Shown piece after piece: positions 46,327 to 57,100 of a stretch of 64,000 nucleotides of DNA. Below the pieces are notes generated by a model. The model did not search any database and was not told the origin of the DNA. It was given only the letters and a program-made list of their open reading frames with translations. The translations under genes were made by a program, and so were the position numbers. Numbering within the stretch: position 1 is the stretch's first letter; each line of letters begins with the position of its first letter. The DNA is from a virus (taxonomy: Duplodnaviria; Caudoviricetes), in the IMG/VR virus record IMGVR_UViG_3300025154_001556. One strand, given 5' to 3'.

Positions 46327-47589
46327 TTACTCTATAATTCTCCAACCGTAAGTATCATTATAGTAAATTAACTCAAACGAAGCATCATCTACATCTATTA
46401 TTAAATCCTGATCAAGCCCCATAATTAATTTACCATTCCTGCTAATTGTTACATTTACTGTACCACAATTACCGCCTCCATCAAAAATAGATACAGGTAC
46501 ACCAAACACTGGGTTTGGTGGCAATGAAATGGTATAGGCAGAAACTGCTTGGGTATTTACCACTATTCTATCATAAGGTAAAGCCGTATAGTTAGCTAGT
46601 TTTTCAACCCAAACTTTAAGACCGCCAGATGCGGCATAAGATGAATTCCATTCTATATTGACCCAATCATCTGTGTATGTATCAAAAGCAGGTGTAACTT
46701 GTAGTACGCCCGCGGCCACAGCAGCTGTGTAATAGTCTGCCGAGTTTTTAAATTTGACACCATTGTAGTACACTTCAAGATCGGCGGGTACAGTAGTAAA
46801 GTTACCATCATACTCCCACACACCACCATTATAAACCATATCAGCACTAGCGTGCTGAATATTTGCAGCACCACTGATTGTAACTATTTTACCGACACTA
46901 TCAACTGTAACGTTAAGACCACCAGATGCTTGGAAAGTTAATGTATCCCCAGAGCTTGATGCTTCAGCGGTATTGACGCCATCAGTCATGTATAGAAAAG
47001 ATTTACCACCACCAGAAACCGTGGTGTCAATCTTATCCGATAAAAATTCACCTGTGTATTTATAAATCTCGCCCCAAAGAGGGCCTGTGTAACCTAAACC
47101 AGTTGGATCAGCATCAAAGTAAACTGTACCAGCTGACGCATCGTACTCCCAGTTAAAAGCAGTCTCTGATGCTAAAATTTCAGAGGCATAATTAGGAGCT
47201 GTACCAGCACCATTATCAGCAAACACGCGAAGTTTGTACTGAGTTTCCGCGTAACGCATCCACATATCTATACGGATAGCGCCTCTTGCTGAATGGCCTG
47301 TTTCAATACAGTCACTTTCGTAACCTATCCAAGCCTTATTACCATTTACAGTAGGATCTGCTGTAAGTTTTATTGTGTGTTTTTCAACTAAACCAGCTGT
47401 GATGCCGCTAGCTACCAACGGACCGTAAGTAGCAACCACATCTATGGCTGGAATTTGATTAGCGAGTATCTGATGAGGGTTCTTTAAAGCAAATGATTCG
47501 TTAGACGCACCTTTGGCGGTTGACGTGAACCCTACATTACTCAGATGCTTGCTTTGAATACTTTCTCTATAAGTATCTGAAAAAGCCAT
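46327..47589 (-). CDS. putative virion/tail-associated protein
   Basis: C-terminal module (VNTQ..TISLP..P..G..V.I.DG..NVTISRNG..IMG...DL..DVD.ASFELIY...GWRI) typical of phage tail proteins; beta-rich. Confidence 0.6.
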   Translation of the reverse strand: MAFSDTYRESIQSKHLSNVGFTSTAKGASNESFALKNPHQILANQIPAIDVVATYGPLVASGITAGLVEKHTIKLTADPTVNGNKAWIGYESDCIETGHSARGAIRIDMWMRYAETQYKLRVFADNGAGTAPNYASEILASETAFNWEYDASAGTVYFDADPTGLGYTGPLWGEIYKYTGEFLSDKIDTTVSGGGKSFLYMTDGVNTAEASSSGDTLTFQASGGLNVTVDSVGKIVTISGAANIQHASADMVYNGGVWEYDGNFTTVPADLEVYYNGVKFKNSADYYTAAVAAGVLQVTPAFDTYTDDWVNIEWNSSYAASGGLKVWVEKLANYTALPYDRIVVNTQAVSAYTISLPPNPVFGVPVSIFDGGGNCGTVNVTISRNGKLIMGLDQDLIIDVDDASFELIYYNDTYGWRIIE

Positions 47590-47601
47590 AATTAATCTCC
47601 T

Positions 47602-49593
47602 TTATAATGTAGGATTAAAAGTAATCTGAGTCAATGCCGTAGGATTACCATTAGCAAATTTAATACGCATAACGATCCTATTACCAAAACTGGAAGAACT
47701 CGTGGTACCAAAGCTAAAGGCCACAGTACTTCCAGAAGAACCTGCACCTAAACAACCATTGCCGGCGTATGTCTGCTGATCAACAGCTAAATCCTGCCAA
47801 ACTGCAGTATTTCCATTACCATAGTCAGAACAATTGGGTAGACGCAGATGAACTTCTACATCAGCTCCCTGGATTGTAGTCAATGCGTTAGACCAACCAG
47901 AGAATGTAATTGTGCCTTGATTGAAAGCACCAGTAGCAATAAAAATTCTGTAATAATAACAATCACCAGATACCGCAGAGTAGTTAGGTCCGGCTGGCAA
48001 GAATAGAGAATGGTTAATGGATGGATAGTCTAATGTACCATTATAAGTCTCTAAATGTCCACCGGCACTTCTATCTGTGGCTTCTACCCAAGCACTGTCT
48101 GTTGATGGAGTATCGCCCAAAGTGATGTCAGTAAAATCTTCTGTACCAACATAACGTTTGTCTTCATCATCAAAATACTCGATAGTGTTTGTACTTGTAA
48201 CTCCGTAAGTATCTACTCTAAATGTGCCAGCAGCAGAACTAGCTGATGTGGCACTAGCAAATACATTCCAATAGGTGGCGGTAGCACGTGCATCTAAATC
48301 TCTAAAATTACCTGCTCCTACCGTTATTGAAGAGTTATAAGTACCTATTGTATCCGTTATAGCCAAAGGCTCCGTTAAACCCAAATTGGTAAGTGTGGGT
48401 GTCTGGTTTGCCGCATTAAATTCACTAAGATTAAGTCTAAGAGGACTTGAAACATATCCTCTATCAAATAAATCCTCAGTATCTGTAACACTGATATTAA
48501 ATGTTGATCCGGTATTGTAATAGGGTACACCACTTAAATACTTATTTGATGGTGTATTTTCTGTTACTGTTGGTGCCGGGGCAGCTATGCCCTGGTCAGT
48601 AGTATCAACCCAAAAACTGGCATAAGTATAAGAAGCCGACCCGCCGACGGTGTGTTGAATTACTATTTGTCCTACATAACCAACGGCTAGTGTGAGTGTC
48701 GCACTCATACTGGCTATTTGATAGGGAGGCCAAAAACCAGCGTAGCCATCAACAGTAGTGTTCATACAACGTCTGTTTGTAAGGTTAATTATATTTGTAC
48801 CGACATTTGTAGCTGTGTGATTAGGATTCGATCCCACATCTGCTTCGGTTTCTTCTAAAACACAACCATCGGCCGCAAAAGCTGCAGCTAGATCCAATGT
48901 ACCAACAATAGTGCCGTCTTTAACTACTTGAAGGGTACCAGTATCTGCTGGGTAAAAACCCCCTGCTATACTAATAACCATGGTATTATCGTCAGTAAAT
49001 CTTACTGTAGTTCCAGCTGTTACTGTGGCCGTATTATCAGTATACTCTTCACTAGGTGCACCACTACTAACTTTTGCCGTTTGATCTATATCATCTATGG
49101 TAAAAGTAGCTGTACCTGGTCTTATAGCATACTGTGAGGTTTCTCCAACATAATTAGGCCTCTTGGGAATTAAAAAAGCCATATTCCGAAGGTCTGTGTT
49201 AGGAGTGTCATTCCAATTATCTTCGCCAACAACCAAATTCATCATTCTACGAAGATAGTTCAAGTCATCCTCTAAATTTTCATGATTGTGTCTTCTACCG
49301 GAAACACTGGCTACCGTAGCACTTGGGGTTGGGCTTACTGTGGCGTTGGTACCAGATACCGCAGTAATCTCATAAACACCGGCCGCATCGCCGGAGTCAA
49401 TAACCAAGTAGTTACCTACCTCATTTCCTGTAAAAGAAGATACATCCGCAATTGTAGGCGAACCTGATGTAACTGTAAAGGTGGCTGTAGCATAATCACG
49501 ACCACACTGCTCAGCGTACTGCTGAAGCATTGCATCATAAAATGTACGAGTACCTCTAATTTTGTCAAACTGTTCCATTAGGCTGCGTGACAT
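47602..49593 (-). CDS. putative virion structural protein, Thr/Ser/Ala-rich beta protein
   Basis: 663 aa, very low Lys, composition typical of extended beta structural proteins. Confidence 0.55.
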   Translation of the reverse strand: MSRSLMEQFDKIRGTRTFYDAMLQQYAEQCGRDYATATFTVTSGSPTIADVSSFTGNEVGNYLVIDSGDAAGVYEITAVSGTNATVSPTPSATVASVSGRRHNHENLEDDLNYLRRMMNLVVGEDNWNDTPNTDLRNMAFLIPKRPNYVGETSQYAIRPGTATFTIDDIDQTAKVSSGAPSEEYTDNTATVTAGTTVRFTDDNTMVISIAGGFYPADTGTLQVVKDGTIVGTLDLAAAFAADGCVLEETEADVGSNPNHTATNVGTNIINLTNRRCMNTTVDGYAGFWPPYQIASMSATLTLAVGYVGQIVIQHTVGGSASYTYASFWVDTTDQGIAAPAPTVTENTPSNKYLSGVPYYNTGSTFNISVTDTEDLFDRGYVSSPLRLNLSEFNAANQTPTLTNLGLTEPLAITDTIGTYNSSITVGAGNFRDLDARATATYWNVFASATSASSAAGTFRVDTYGVTSTNTIEYFDDEDKRYVGTEDFTDITLGDTPSTDSAWVEATDRSAGGHLETYNGTLDYPSINHSLFLPAGPNYSAVSGDCYYYRIFIATGAFNQGTITFSGWSNALTTIQGADVEVHLRLPNCSDYGNGNTAVWQDLAVDQQTYAGNGCLGAGSSGSTVAFSFGTTSSSSFGNRIVMRIKFANGNPTALTQITFNPTL

Positions 49594-49776
49594 TATTAAT
49601 CTCCTTATTAAATTATTAACGCGTTAAAAAACTAAAAACTTGTAACTAGAAAAACATTAACTCCATGACATCGTGCCCGGATGTCGATAAATAAAGATAA
49701 ACCTAATATTAGTAGGAATATTAGACTTAACTTTATTACTCTATATATAGATAGGTTACTTAATTACTAATGCAAT

Positions 49777-49813
49777 AAAAAACCCCACTTAATAATTAAA
49801 TTAAGCAGGGTTT
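49777..49813 (-). terminator. intrinsic terminator
   Basis: On - strand AAACCCTGCTTAAT...ATTAAGTGGGG followed by a T-run, just after the 49817 stop. Confidence 0.55.
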
Positions 49814-49816
49814 ATG

Positions 49817-50215
49817 CTAAACTCTTGTGAGCACACAGCCGGTATCGTCTACTCTAAATGTTTCAAAATAAACCTTGCCTGCTTTTACTAAGTCCCTTAC
49901 ATTTTTTTGTGACTTACTTAGCTTAGATTTACCTGTTTTGATTTCAATAAAAACAATTTCATTATCGTTAATAAGTATACCATCTATCTCCCTCCCAATA
50001 AAAATAAAATCTTCAGGGGCATATGGCCAAGCATCAGTAAAAGGGGCTAAGTTTTCTCCTATTTTGCCTAGACGCACCTCAGAACTTTTCTTTTGTCCCA
50101 ATAGGATGTCGTATTTATTACGCCAATCTTTTACTTCTTTTTTGGCGTCTAAAAAATTTTTTAAGCTTACTATAATTACAAACACACAAACAATAATTGT
50201 TGCTAAATCTGGCAT
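49817..50215 (-). CDS. Holliday-junction-resolvase-like endonuclease (Endonuc_Holl-type) with N-terminal hydrophobic segment
   Basis: SSEVRLGKIGENLAPF, FIG..IDG, VFIEIKTG.S.LS..Q. Confidence 0.75.
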   Translation of the reverse strand: MPDLATIIVCVFVIIVSLKNFLDAKKEVKDWRNKYDILLGQKKSSEVRLGKIGENLAPFTDAWPYAPEDFIFIGREIDGILINDNEIVFIEIKTGKSKLSKSQKNVRDLVKAGKVYFETFRVDDTGCVLTRV

Positions 50216-50216
50216 A

Positions 50217-50963
50217 TTAGTCTTTAATCTCCTCTATGGCTGAGGCGTAATCCACACGCTTTTGATAAACACCTTCAAGTTCTTTGGCCAGAGCGGCCCT
50301 TATTTTCTTTAAGTTACCTAGTTTGGTGTTTACATCATCAAACTGTCCGTTATCAAGCAAACCATTTATGGTTTGTTCTAATACGGCGGCAGGATCAAAA
50401 TTACCAGATTGAACTAGGGACCTACTAGTGGCCTCTACTCTATCACATATAAGTAACACAGCAGCCTCTATTGACTTAGGTTTACTGCAAGGATATCTAA
50501 AAGAATCTGGATCAGCATCTTTACCTGCCCTTGAATAAAAATAAATAGCTATATCGTTACCATGATGTTGACTTATAACTTCTATAACACTTCTTGGAAA
50601 TTTATGGTCACCAAGCAGTATATTTACTGAGTCAGCAACATGCCTTGTTATAATCTGAGTACTTATCCATGAGTCTAAACTATCATGTGGATTTTCATTG
50701 TCTAATTGGTTTTCTGAAAACATGTTTGGATTAACACATTTACCAATATCATGATAAACAGCACACACCTTCATAAATTGAATATCAAGTCCTAATTCCG
50801 CACTTACCGCTTCTGCCATAGAAGCCACTGATTGGCTATGTTTAAATGTGCCAGGGCACTTAGATTTAAACCATTTAGCCAAAGGGTAAGAAGAATCAAG
50901 TAATTCAGCTAATTCTATTTCTTGTGTTGAGATAGCTGTATTATTACTACTCTCGTCGTTCAT
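50217..50963 (-). CDS. stand-alone HD/HDIG phosphohydrolase resembling the 7TM-HD (PgpH) catalytic domain
   Basis: PGTFKHS..VA..AE, YHDIGK..NP.MFSENQ, NPHD, II.RHV, QHHG, FRYP..KP.S.EAAVL..CD.VEA. Confidence 0.85.
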   Translation of the reverse strand: MNDESSNNTAISTQEIELAELLDSSYPLAKWFKSKCPGTFKHSQSVASMAEAVSAELGLDIQFMKVCAVYHDIGKCVNPNMFSENQLDNENPHDSLDSWISTQIITRHVADSVNILLGDHKFPRSVIEVISQHHGNDIAIYFYSRAGKDADPDSFRYPCSKPKSIEAAVLLICDRVEATSRSLVQSGNFDPAAVLEQTINGLLDNGQFDDVNTKLGNLKKIRAALAKELEGVYQKRVDYASAIEEIKD

Positions 50964-50965
50964 TA

Positions 50966-51256
50966 TTAAACTCCTTGAATATCATTACCAAAAAGTTGTT
51001 TTCTGGAAGCTACCTTAGATAAACGTAGTTTTTCTACATTATCAATTTTATTTTGTTGTATCGTACCGTCTCCAAAGGCCATACCCTCAGGGTCATCTCG
51101 GTAATCCCAAATACCTCCTAAGCATTCTTCACCTGTTTCATCATCAATCATAATCTCCAAGGCCAAACCCAAAGGATGAAAAAATAATCTATTGGCTTCC
51201 TGTAAAAAGCCAAATTCTCTAAATTCTTTTATGTCCATCCTATTAATAGTAGTCAT
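50966..51256 (-). CDS. hypothetical protein
   Basis: 96 aa ORF, AGGAG RBS. Confidence 0.7.
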   Translation of the reverse strand: MTTINRMDIKEFREFGFLQEANRLFFHPLGLALEIMIDDETGEECLGGIWDYRDDPEGMAFGDGTIQQNKIDNVEKLRLSKVASRKQLFGNDIQGV

Positions 51257-51266
51257 TTTTATCTCC

Positions 51267-51653
51267 TTAAAGTTGTTTTTTATAATTACCTTTACCTGGT
51301 ATTACATTCCTAACCCCGCCGATAGGATCTTCTACATCCCCGTCACGTCTTGGAATTAGGTGACAATGCGCATGCATTATCGTCTGTCCAGCAGACTCAC
51401 CGCAATTCCAGCCAACATTAAAACCAGTTATAGTGGGATCTTCTCTTACCATTTCTTCTTTTAATATAGTACAAATGCTGTATATATCATCCAACTCCTC
51501 ACGACTTAAATCCCAATAAGTTTTTTTATGCACAAAAGGTATGATTAGTTTGTGCCCCTTTGTTACAGCATACGAGTCATCCACAGCGTAAGCAGTTATT
51601 AATTCCAACACGCCCTGCTTTTCAAAAAATTCTTGATTACAAAATAAGCACAT
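51267..51653 (-). CDS. HIT family nucleotide hydrolase
   Basis: CLFC, GH.LIIP..H, GFNVG.N.G..AGQTIMHAHCHLIPRR.GD. Confidence 0.92.
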   Translation of the reverse strand: MCLFCNQEFFEKQGVLELITAYAVDDSYAVTKGHKLIIPFVHKKTYWDLSREELDDIYSICTILKEEMVREDPTITGFNVGWNCGESAGQTIMHAHCHLIPRRDGDVEDPIGGVRNVIPGKGNYKKQL

Positions 51654-51655
51654 AA

Positions 51656-52141
51656 TTAAACCTCCAAGCTTTTTATTGGCTCCCCTAAGGTTACCTCTTC
51701 ATATAAATTACTCAAAATCTTTCTTGGTATTTTATATCCTAATGTTATATAGTTGTTATTAGGCACCTCTATTAGTGGGATATTCCTTTCTTTGGTGTAG
51801 TCTTCTACAAGTACTATGAGTGCTTGTAAATTTTTAAAAACAAATAGTTTATTATCGTTAATAAAAAAATATATAAATAGCCTACTTCCCTTTTCCCATG
51901 CCTGCCAAGGTCCCCCAGGAGATAGATTATGTTTTTTACTATAACGTTCTATAAAAAAATTAGGCGTTTTATTTATACTATATGTATCTGTTTTAACTTC
52001 GGTAGGGGTACTATTTTTTATATATACCAAGTCTGAAGCACGACTTTTAACAAACCAATCGAAATCATTTGGGTACGTATCTTTAATAAGCTGTTCACCC
52101 TTATTCCCAACCTCTAATTGTTTACTCCATTGATACATCAT
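51656..52141 (-). CDS. putative PD-(D/E)XK nuclease-like protein
   Basis: G..GE, SD...TEVKTD, NFFIE pattern. Confidence 0.55.
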   Translation of the reverse strand: MMYQWSKQLEVGNKGEQLIKDTYPNDFDWFVKSRASDLVYIKNSTPTEVKTDTYSINKTPNFFIERYSKKHNLSPGGPWQAWEKGSRLFIYFFINDNKLFVFKNLQALIVLVEDYTKERNIPLIEVPNNNYITLGYKIPRKILSNLYEEVTLGEPIKSLEV

Positions 52142-52992
52142 TATCCTCCAAATAAATCCACAGTAAGTTTTTTTATTGGGTAGTTGGTTACTATAACTTC
52201 TTCTACTTTACCTCTTCCAGCAGCATCGCTATTAATATACCTGTGGACTTCTATTACATTAATAACGTACTCTTTATATAAATCTTGTATGAATGCGGTA
52301 TTTGCATTAGACAGCATCCATTTTACGCCACGTCTGTTTAATTCATCACACAAGTTTTTTACAAGCTGTTGATCCTTTTGATTAAAATCATCTTTATTAT
52401 AACCTGTAAAAGAATTACCATCTAATATATCGTAAGGAGGATCACTATATACAAAGTCATCTTTCTTGACATAATCAAGTATTTTGCTGTAATGCGCACG
52501 TTCGATGTGGGTATCGGCAAGACTCTCAGCACACTCTTCTAATAAAAACACATCATCTATGGTCGGGTTATTTCTAAAACCAAAGGGGACATTAAAAAGA
52601 CCCTTAGAGTTTACTCTAAACAAACCATTAAAACATGTTTTATTAAGAAATAGAAATCTTGCTGCTTTGTCTATATCTACTTCATCGCTGTACTGATCCA
52701 TGCCTTTTTGATCTCTGACTGTGTAATAATAAGCCTCATCATTTACGTGTTGTTTCAACGCTTCTATTAGTTCCTGAGTATTATTTTTAAGCACCTTATA
52801 AAAATTTATTAGGTCGCTGTTGCAATCTATAAGTATAGCGTTTTTGGGACGTAAGTGAAAAAAGAATGACGCCCCTCCCGCAAAATTCTCTATGTATCTA
52901 TTATAAGCGGTGGGCATATAGCTAGTTAAATCTTTTAATAACTTACCTTTCCCGCCAGCCCACCTTAATGGGGACTTAGCCATACTAATCAC
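52141..52992 (-). CDS. D12-class (Dam-like) N6-adenine DNA methyltransferase
   Basis: SPLRWAGGK, E.FAGGA, NKTCFNGL.RVN..G.FNVPFG, DPPY, WMLSN, EV.V.NY; target sequence not determinable. Confidence 0.92.
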   Translation of the reverse strand: MISMAKSPLRWAGGKGKLLKDLTSYMPTAYNRYIENFAGGASFFFHLRPKNAILIDCNSDLINFYKVLKNNTQELIEALKQHVNDEAYYYTVRDQKGMDQYSDEVDIDKAARFLFLNKTCFNGLFRVNSKGLFNVPFGFRNNPTIDDVFLLEECAESLADTHIERAHYSKILDYVKKDDFVYSDPPYDILDGNSFTGYNKDDFNQKDQQLVKNLCDELNRRGVKWMLSNANTAFIQDLYKEYVINVIEVHRYINSDAAGRGKVEEVIVTNYPIKKLTVDLFGG

Positions 52993-53159
52993 CTATATTT
53001 ATACCCGTATTTATTAGTTAAAATAGCTCTGTACCAAGCCGTGTGCCAATCTCTATCACTATTAGCCCTAGTATTACATCCTATACATAATGTTATTAAA
53101 ATGTATAGCCGGTAGCATGAAACGAATTTATTACTTCAGTGTTACTAGGCGACATTGCA

Positions 53160-54134
53160 TTATATAGGTTTTATATTATTAAAATACTTATCATCTAAGT
53201 CAAATGTATGTTTAATTCTATACTTTGCTATCTCCACAGTTTCTAGATCCATCTCAATACCTAAAAAAGGCCTATTTAGTTTTCTACAAACAACCCCTAA
53301 ACTACCAGTACCGCAATAGATATCAGCAACCAGTTGATTGGATGAGTTAGTTAGAAGTTTTACAAGCCACGAAAGAATACCTAAGGGCTTAACAGATACA
53401 TGTGGGTTGTTTATAGTATTGTTTACAGTTTTCTCTTCTTTGGCCGCTCTAGGACAATACTGTATATTGGTTGGTAGTGCCCCCCTACTATTAGGCACCC
53501 ATTCAGTCCTATTTAATTTACTAAATGTATTACTTTTAGTCTCTGATTGCATATGCCCCTTACCAGTTTCCTCAAATTTTCTGACTATTGAAGAATGGTC
53601 TCCTTTATACACTTGACGAGTATCCTCCAAATTAAGTAGATTGGTTCTGTATAAGGACCAATTATTTAATTCTGACCCAACAAGCTTTTTTCTATATATA
53701 AGTATAGGGTTATAGACATTACGTATCTTACTACCATATGAACCGTCTTCTGTTTTTATACCTTTAATATGTGTACCTGCAAATGCCCAAATTAATTGAT
53801 CTCTAAATTCAAACTGTGTTTGACTCATCCTAGCATATAAAATAGGGAGCATTGACGGCTGACAAAAAATAGCTAAGTGGCCACCTGGTTTTAATTTATC
53901 ATAGCATAAGTTCCATACTTCTACAGACGGCATATCGTTGTCCCAAGTATCCATTTTAACCCCATATGGAGGGTCTGTGATTATAGCATGGATAGAATCG
54001 TCTTGAAGTGCTTGCAATAAGTCTTCACATTTACCTGCGCGCACTTCAAAATTTGATCCTGTTCCTGTATATATATTGGATCTGGGACGCCCTTTTTCAG
54101 GTCTAACTTTACAATCAAAAATATCATAAATCAT
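53160..54134 (-). CDS. beta-class N4/N6 DNA methyltransferase
   Basis: IITDPPYG near the N-terminus, H.SVKP, DIYCGTGS near the C-terminus. Confidence 0.88.
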   Translation of the reverse strand: MIYDIFDCKVRPEKGRPRSNIYTGTGSNFEVRAGKCEDLLQALQDDSIHAIITDPPYGVKMDTWDNDMPSVEVWNLCYDKLKPGGHLAIFCQPSMLPILYARMSQTQFEFRDQLIWAFAGTHIKGIKTEDGSYGSKIRNVYNPILIYRKKLVGSELNNWSLYRTNLLNLEDTRQVYKGDHSSIVRKFEETGKGHMQSETKSNTFSKLNRTEWVPNSRGALPTNIQYCPRAAKEEKTVNNTINNPHVSVKPLGILSWLVKLLTNSSNQLVADIYCGTGSLGVVCRKLNRPFLGIEMDLETVEIAKYRIKHTFDLDDKYFNNIKPI

Positions 54135-54140
54135 TATAAA

Positions 54141-57100
54141 TCACCTATCTAATACATGTCTTATTAATACCGCTAAATCAGTTAATGTGAAGGGTTTATT
54201 TAAATAACCTAAAGCCCCCATAGTTTTTGTTTCCCCAATAGGTCCTGCATCTGAGTAACCACTGGCAATTATTACCTTGGCTTTAGGATCATACTCCAAT
54301 AGTTTTTTCAAACAAGCTATACCACCCATACCAGGCATATTAAGATCCAATATAACTAAATCTATTTTAAAGGTTTTCTTATAGATATCCAGTGCTTCTT
54401 CACCGTTTTTAGCTAATATAACATTATAGCCTTGTGTTGTCAAGTAATTTTCAGTTAAATCAGTTAAAAACTCTTCATCATCTACCACAAGTATGGTTTC
54501 ATTGCCCTCAGTATAATCTGTTACTGTGATTACCGCTGTGGGCGGTTTGATAACAGCGGTTCTATCCGCCGGTAAATAAATACAAAAGGTAGTTCCTTGA
54601 TCAACTACGCTATCACACGTTATATAACCTGAATGGTTTTTTACAATACCATAAACCACATATAAACCTAAACCTGAACCACCTGTCGTTTGTTTTTTCG
54701 TAGTAAAAAAGGGATTAAAAATCTTGCTTATGTTTTCTTGTGGTATACCACACCCAGTATCACTAACCGTAAGTACTACATAGGTGCCTTCTTTAAATTC
54801 TGTATGCCCAGCACCTATATGCGTATTACATGTTATTATATTTAAATCACCACCATCTGGCATAGCATGTACAGCATTTATAGCAAGATTCATTATAACC
54901 TGCTCTATTTGTCCAACATCAGCCATAATAGGGTATAGGTCTTTTTCTAAGGAGTAGTCAATGTTTATCATCTTAGGTATAGTTCTTTTCATAAGCTCTA
55001 CCGTACTTTCTACTGATCTGTTTAAGCTAATTGGTTCTTTAAAACTTCTTTCCTTTTCAGAAAAGTATCTGAGCTGCCCTGTTAAGCGGGCTCCTTTATT
55101 AGCAGCCTCTACTATTGCTTGTATATACTCTTTTTTTGGTGTTTTCTCATTATTTATTTCCAGCATAATTAAATCAGAGTAGCCTAAAATAATTTGTAGT
55201 ATGTTATTAAAATCATGTGATAACCCACCAGATAAGGTGCCTATGGCCTCCATTTTTTGTGCTTCACGTAATTGTTTTTCTAATCGTAATGTTTTTATTA
55301 TATTACGTTTTCGTTGTATTATACGCCAAACATTATCGGCAAGGCTGAGCAAGTGGTCAACGTCTTTATTGTTGTAGTCACCATGATTTTTATTACCTAC
55401 ACCAAAAATAGCTACAATATTGTTACCATCAAATACGGGTACGTTCATATGATTAGTTATAGGCACATGCCCCTCTGGTAAACCACGTTTATTTATATAA
55501 TTAGGATAATCATTTATAAAAATGGCTTCTCTTGTTCTCAAACAATCTGCCCATACACCACACTTATCTAAGTTATAAGTAACATTTAATTTATCTGACC
55601 TAGAGCATTCACTCATAGCTTTGCCATTGTACGCTACTTGGGTTATTTTATCTTCATCACTATTAACCAGACTAACATAGCTTATAGAACTGTCACAAAG
55701 TTTTGAAATACTTTCGGCCACAAAAGCAAATATACTTGCCTCATCTCTTTCTTCCATCTGACTAAGTTCTAAAAGTATTTCTTTACGCTGGCTTAGTAAC
55801 TTGGTTTCTTCCTCCGCCTGTTTGCGCTCAGATATGTCTGTAATAACACAATGTGTTTGTTTAAAATTACCATTGTTATCATAACCAACCCTACCACTGA
55901 CACTAACCCAGACTGGAGTACCATCAGCTTTATTTAAAATATATTCTATACCAGAAAGATAACCAACTTTTTTTAATTTAGGTAGTTGCTCATTTATATA
56001 GGTATGATATCTTTTATCAACAAAATCTAATATATTACGTTTTTGTACTTCTTCTTTTTTATACCCTAATAATTCTAGCCAAGCATTATTAACATCAAGT
56101 AATTCACCGTGTATGCCTAAGGATTGATAGGCCAACGGTGCGTTCATAAACAAATCTTTATATTTTTTCTCATTTTCTATAAGGCGTATTGAGGCTTTTT
56201 GTAAGTCTTGTTGACGTAATTCATTTGATCGTAACGCAAGAAAAATACCAAACAAACCTATTATATACACTGCTGCATGGCAATATAAATCTACTATCAT
56301 TTTAGAATCTGCCAAGTCATGCATATGATCCATTGGAAGGCTTACACTTAGTGCGCCTACTAATTCCCCATCCTTAAATTGTTTGTGGCATACTTTACAG
56401 CCCTCCACTGCGTAAATAGTGTGTATATACCTAAAAGTGTTATCATCCACATAGTAGCTTTCTATTTTTTTACCTTCTTTTATAGACTCTAATAATTTGT
56501 TTTCCCAAAGTTCTGGCTGATCTTTTGTATTAAAACCCAGAATGCGGGCGGAGCTGGCTGCTTTGTGGGTATCTAATGTTACTCCAGCCTCATCAAAGTT
56601 TTTTAGCGTAGTATATGAGTACCTCATTACGACGCTGGGATTGAATAAAGGATTACTAGTACTACCATTAAGACACTCTTTCACATTTGCATGTGTTTCT
56701 TTTTTATGAGTTGTCATATTAGAGTTGGGTAGCCCCCCATAGTTAGTAATCCAGGATCTAAGCAATAAATCCTTTTCAAAAATGTTTTGTGCTTCAAGCA
56801 AAGCTGTGTGTTCTATAATATTATGTATTCTAGTGTGGTTATAACCTAAGGAGCTGGCTATAAGTGCGGTCCAAATAAAGAATACTATGGAATACGCGGT
56901 TGTATTAAGTTTACCACCAAATTTAGTTGTAAACAATAACAATATGGCTACTATTGCCACAAACAACACTAAGTAAGGTATTACTTCTTTTACACCGTAT
57001 TTAGGATATTTTTGTTGTATAGGTAGTTTTGAAAACCATTTATGCAATGCAACACTGTACGGTGATCCTTCATCTATTATCCAATCCTTCATATAATTGT

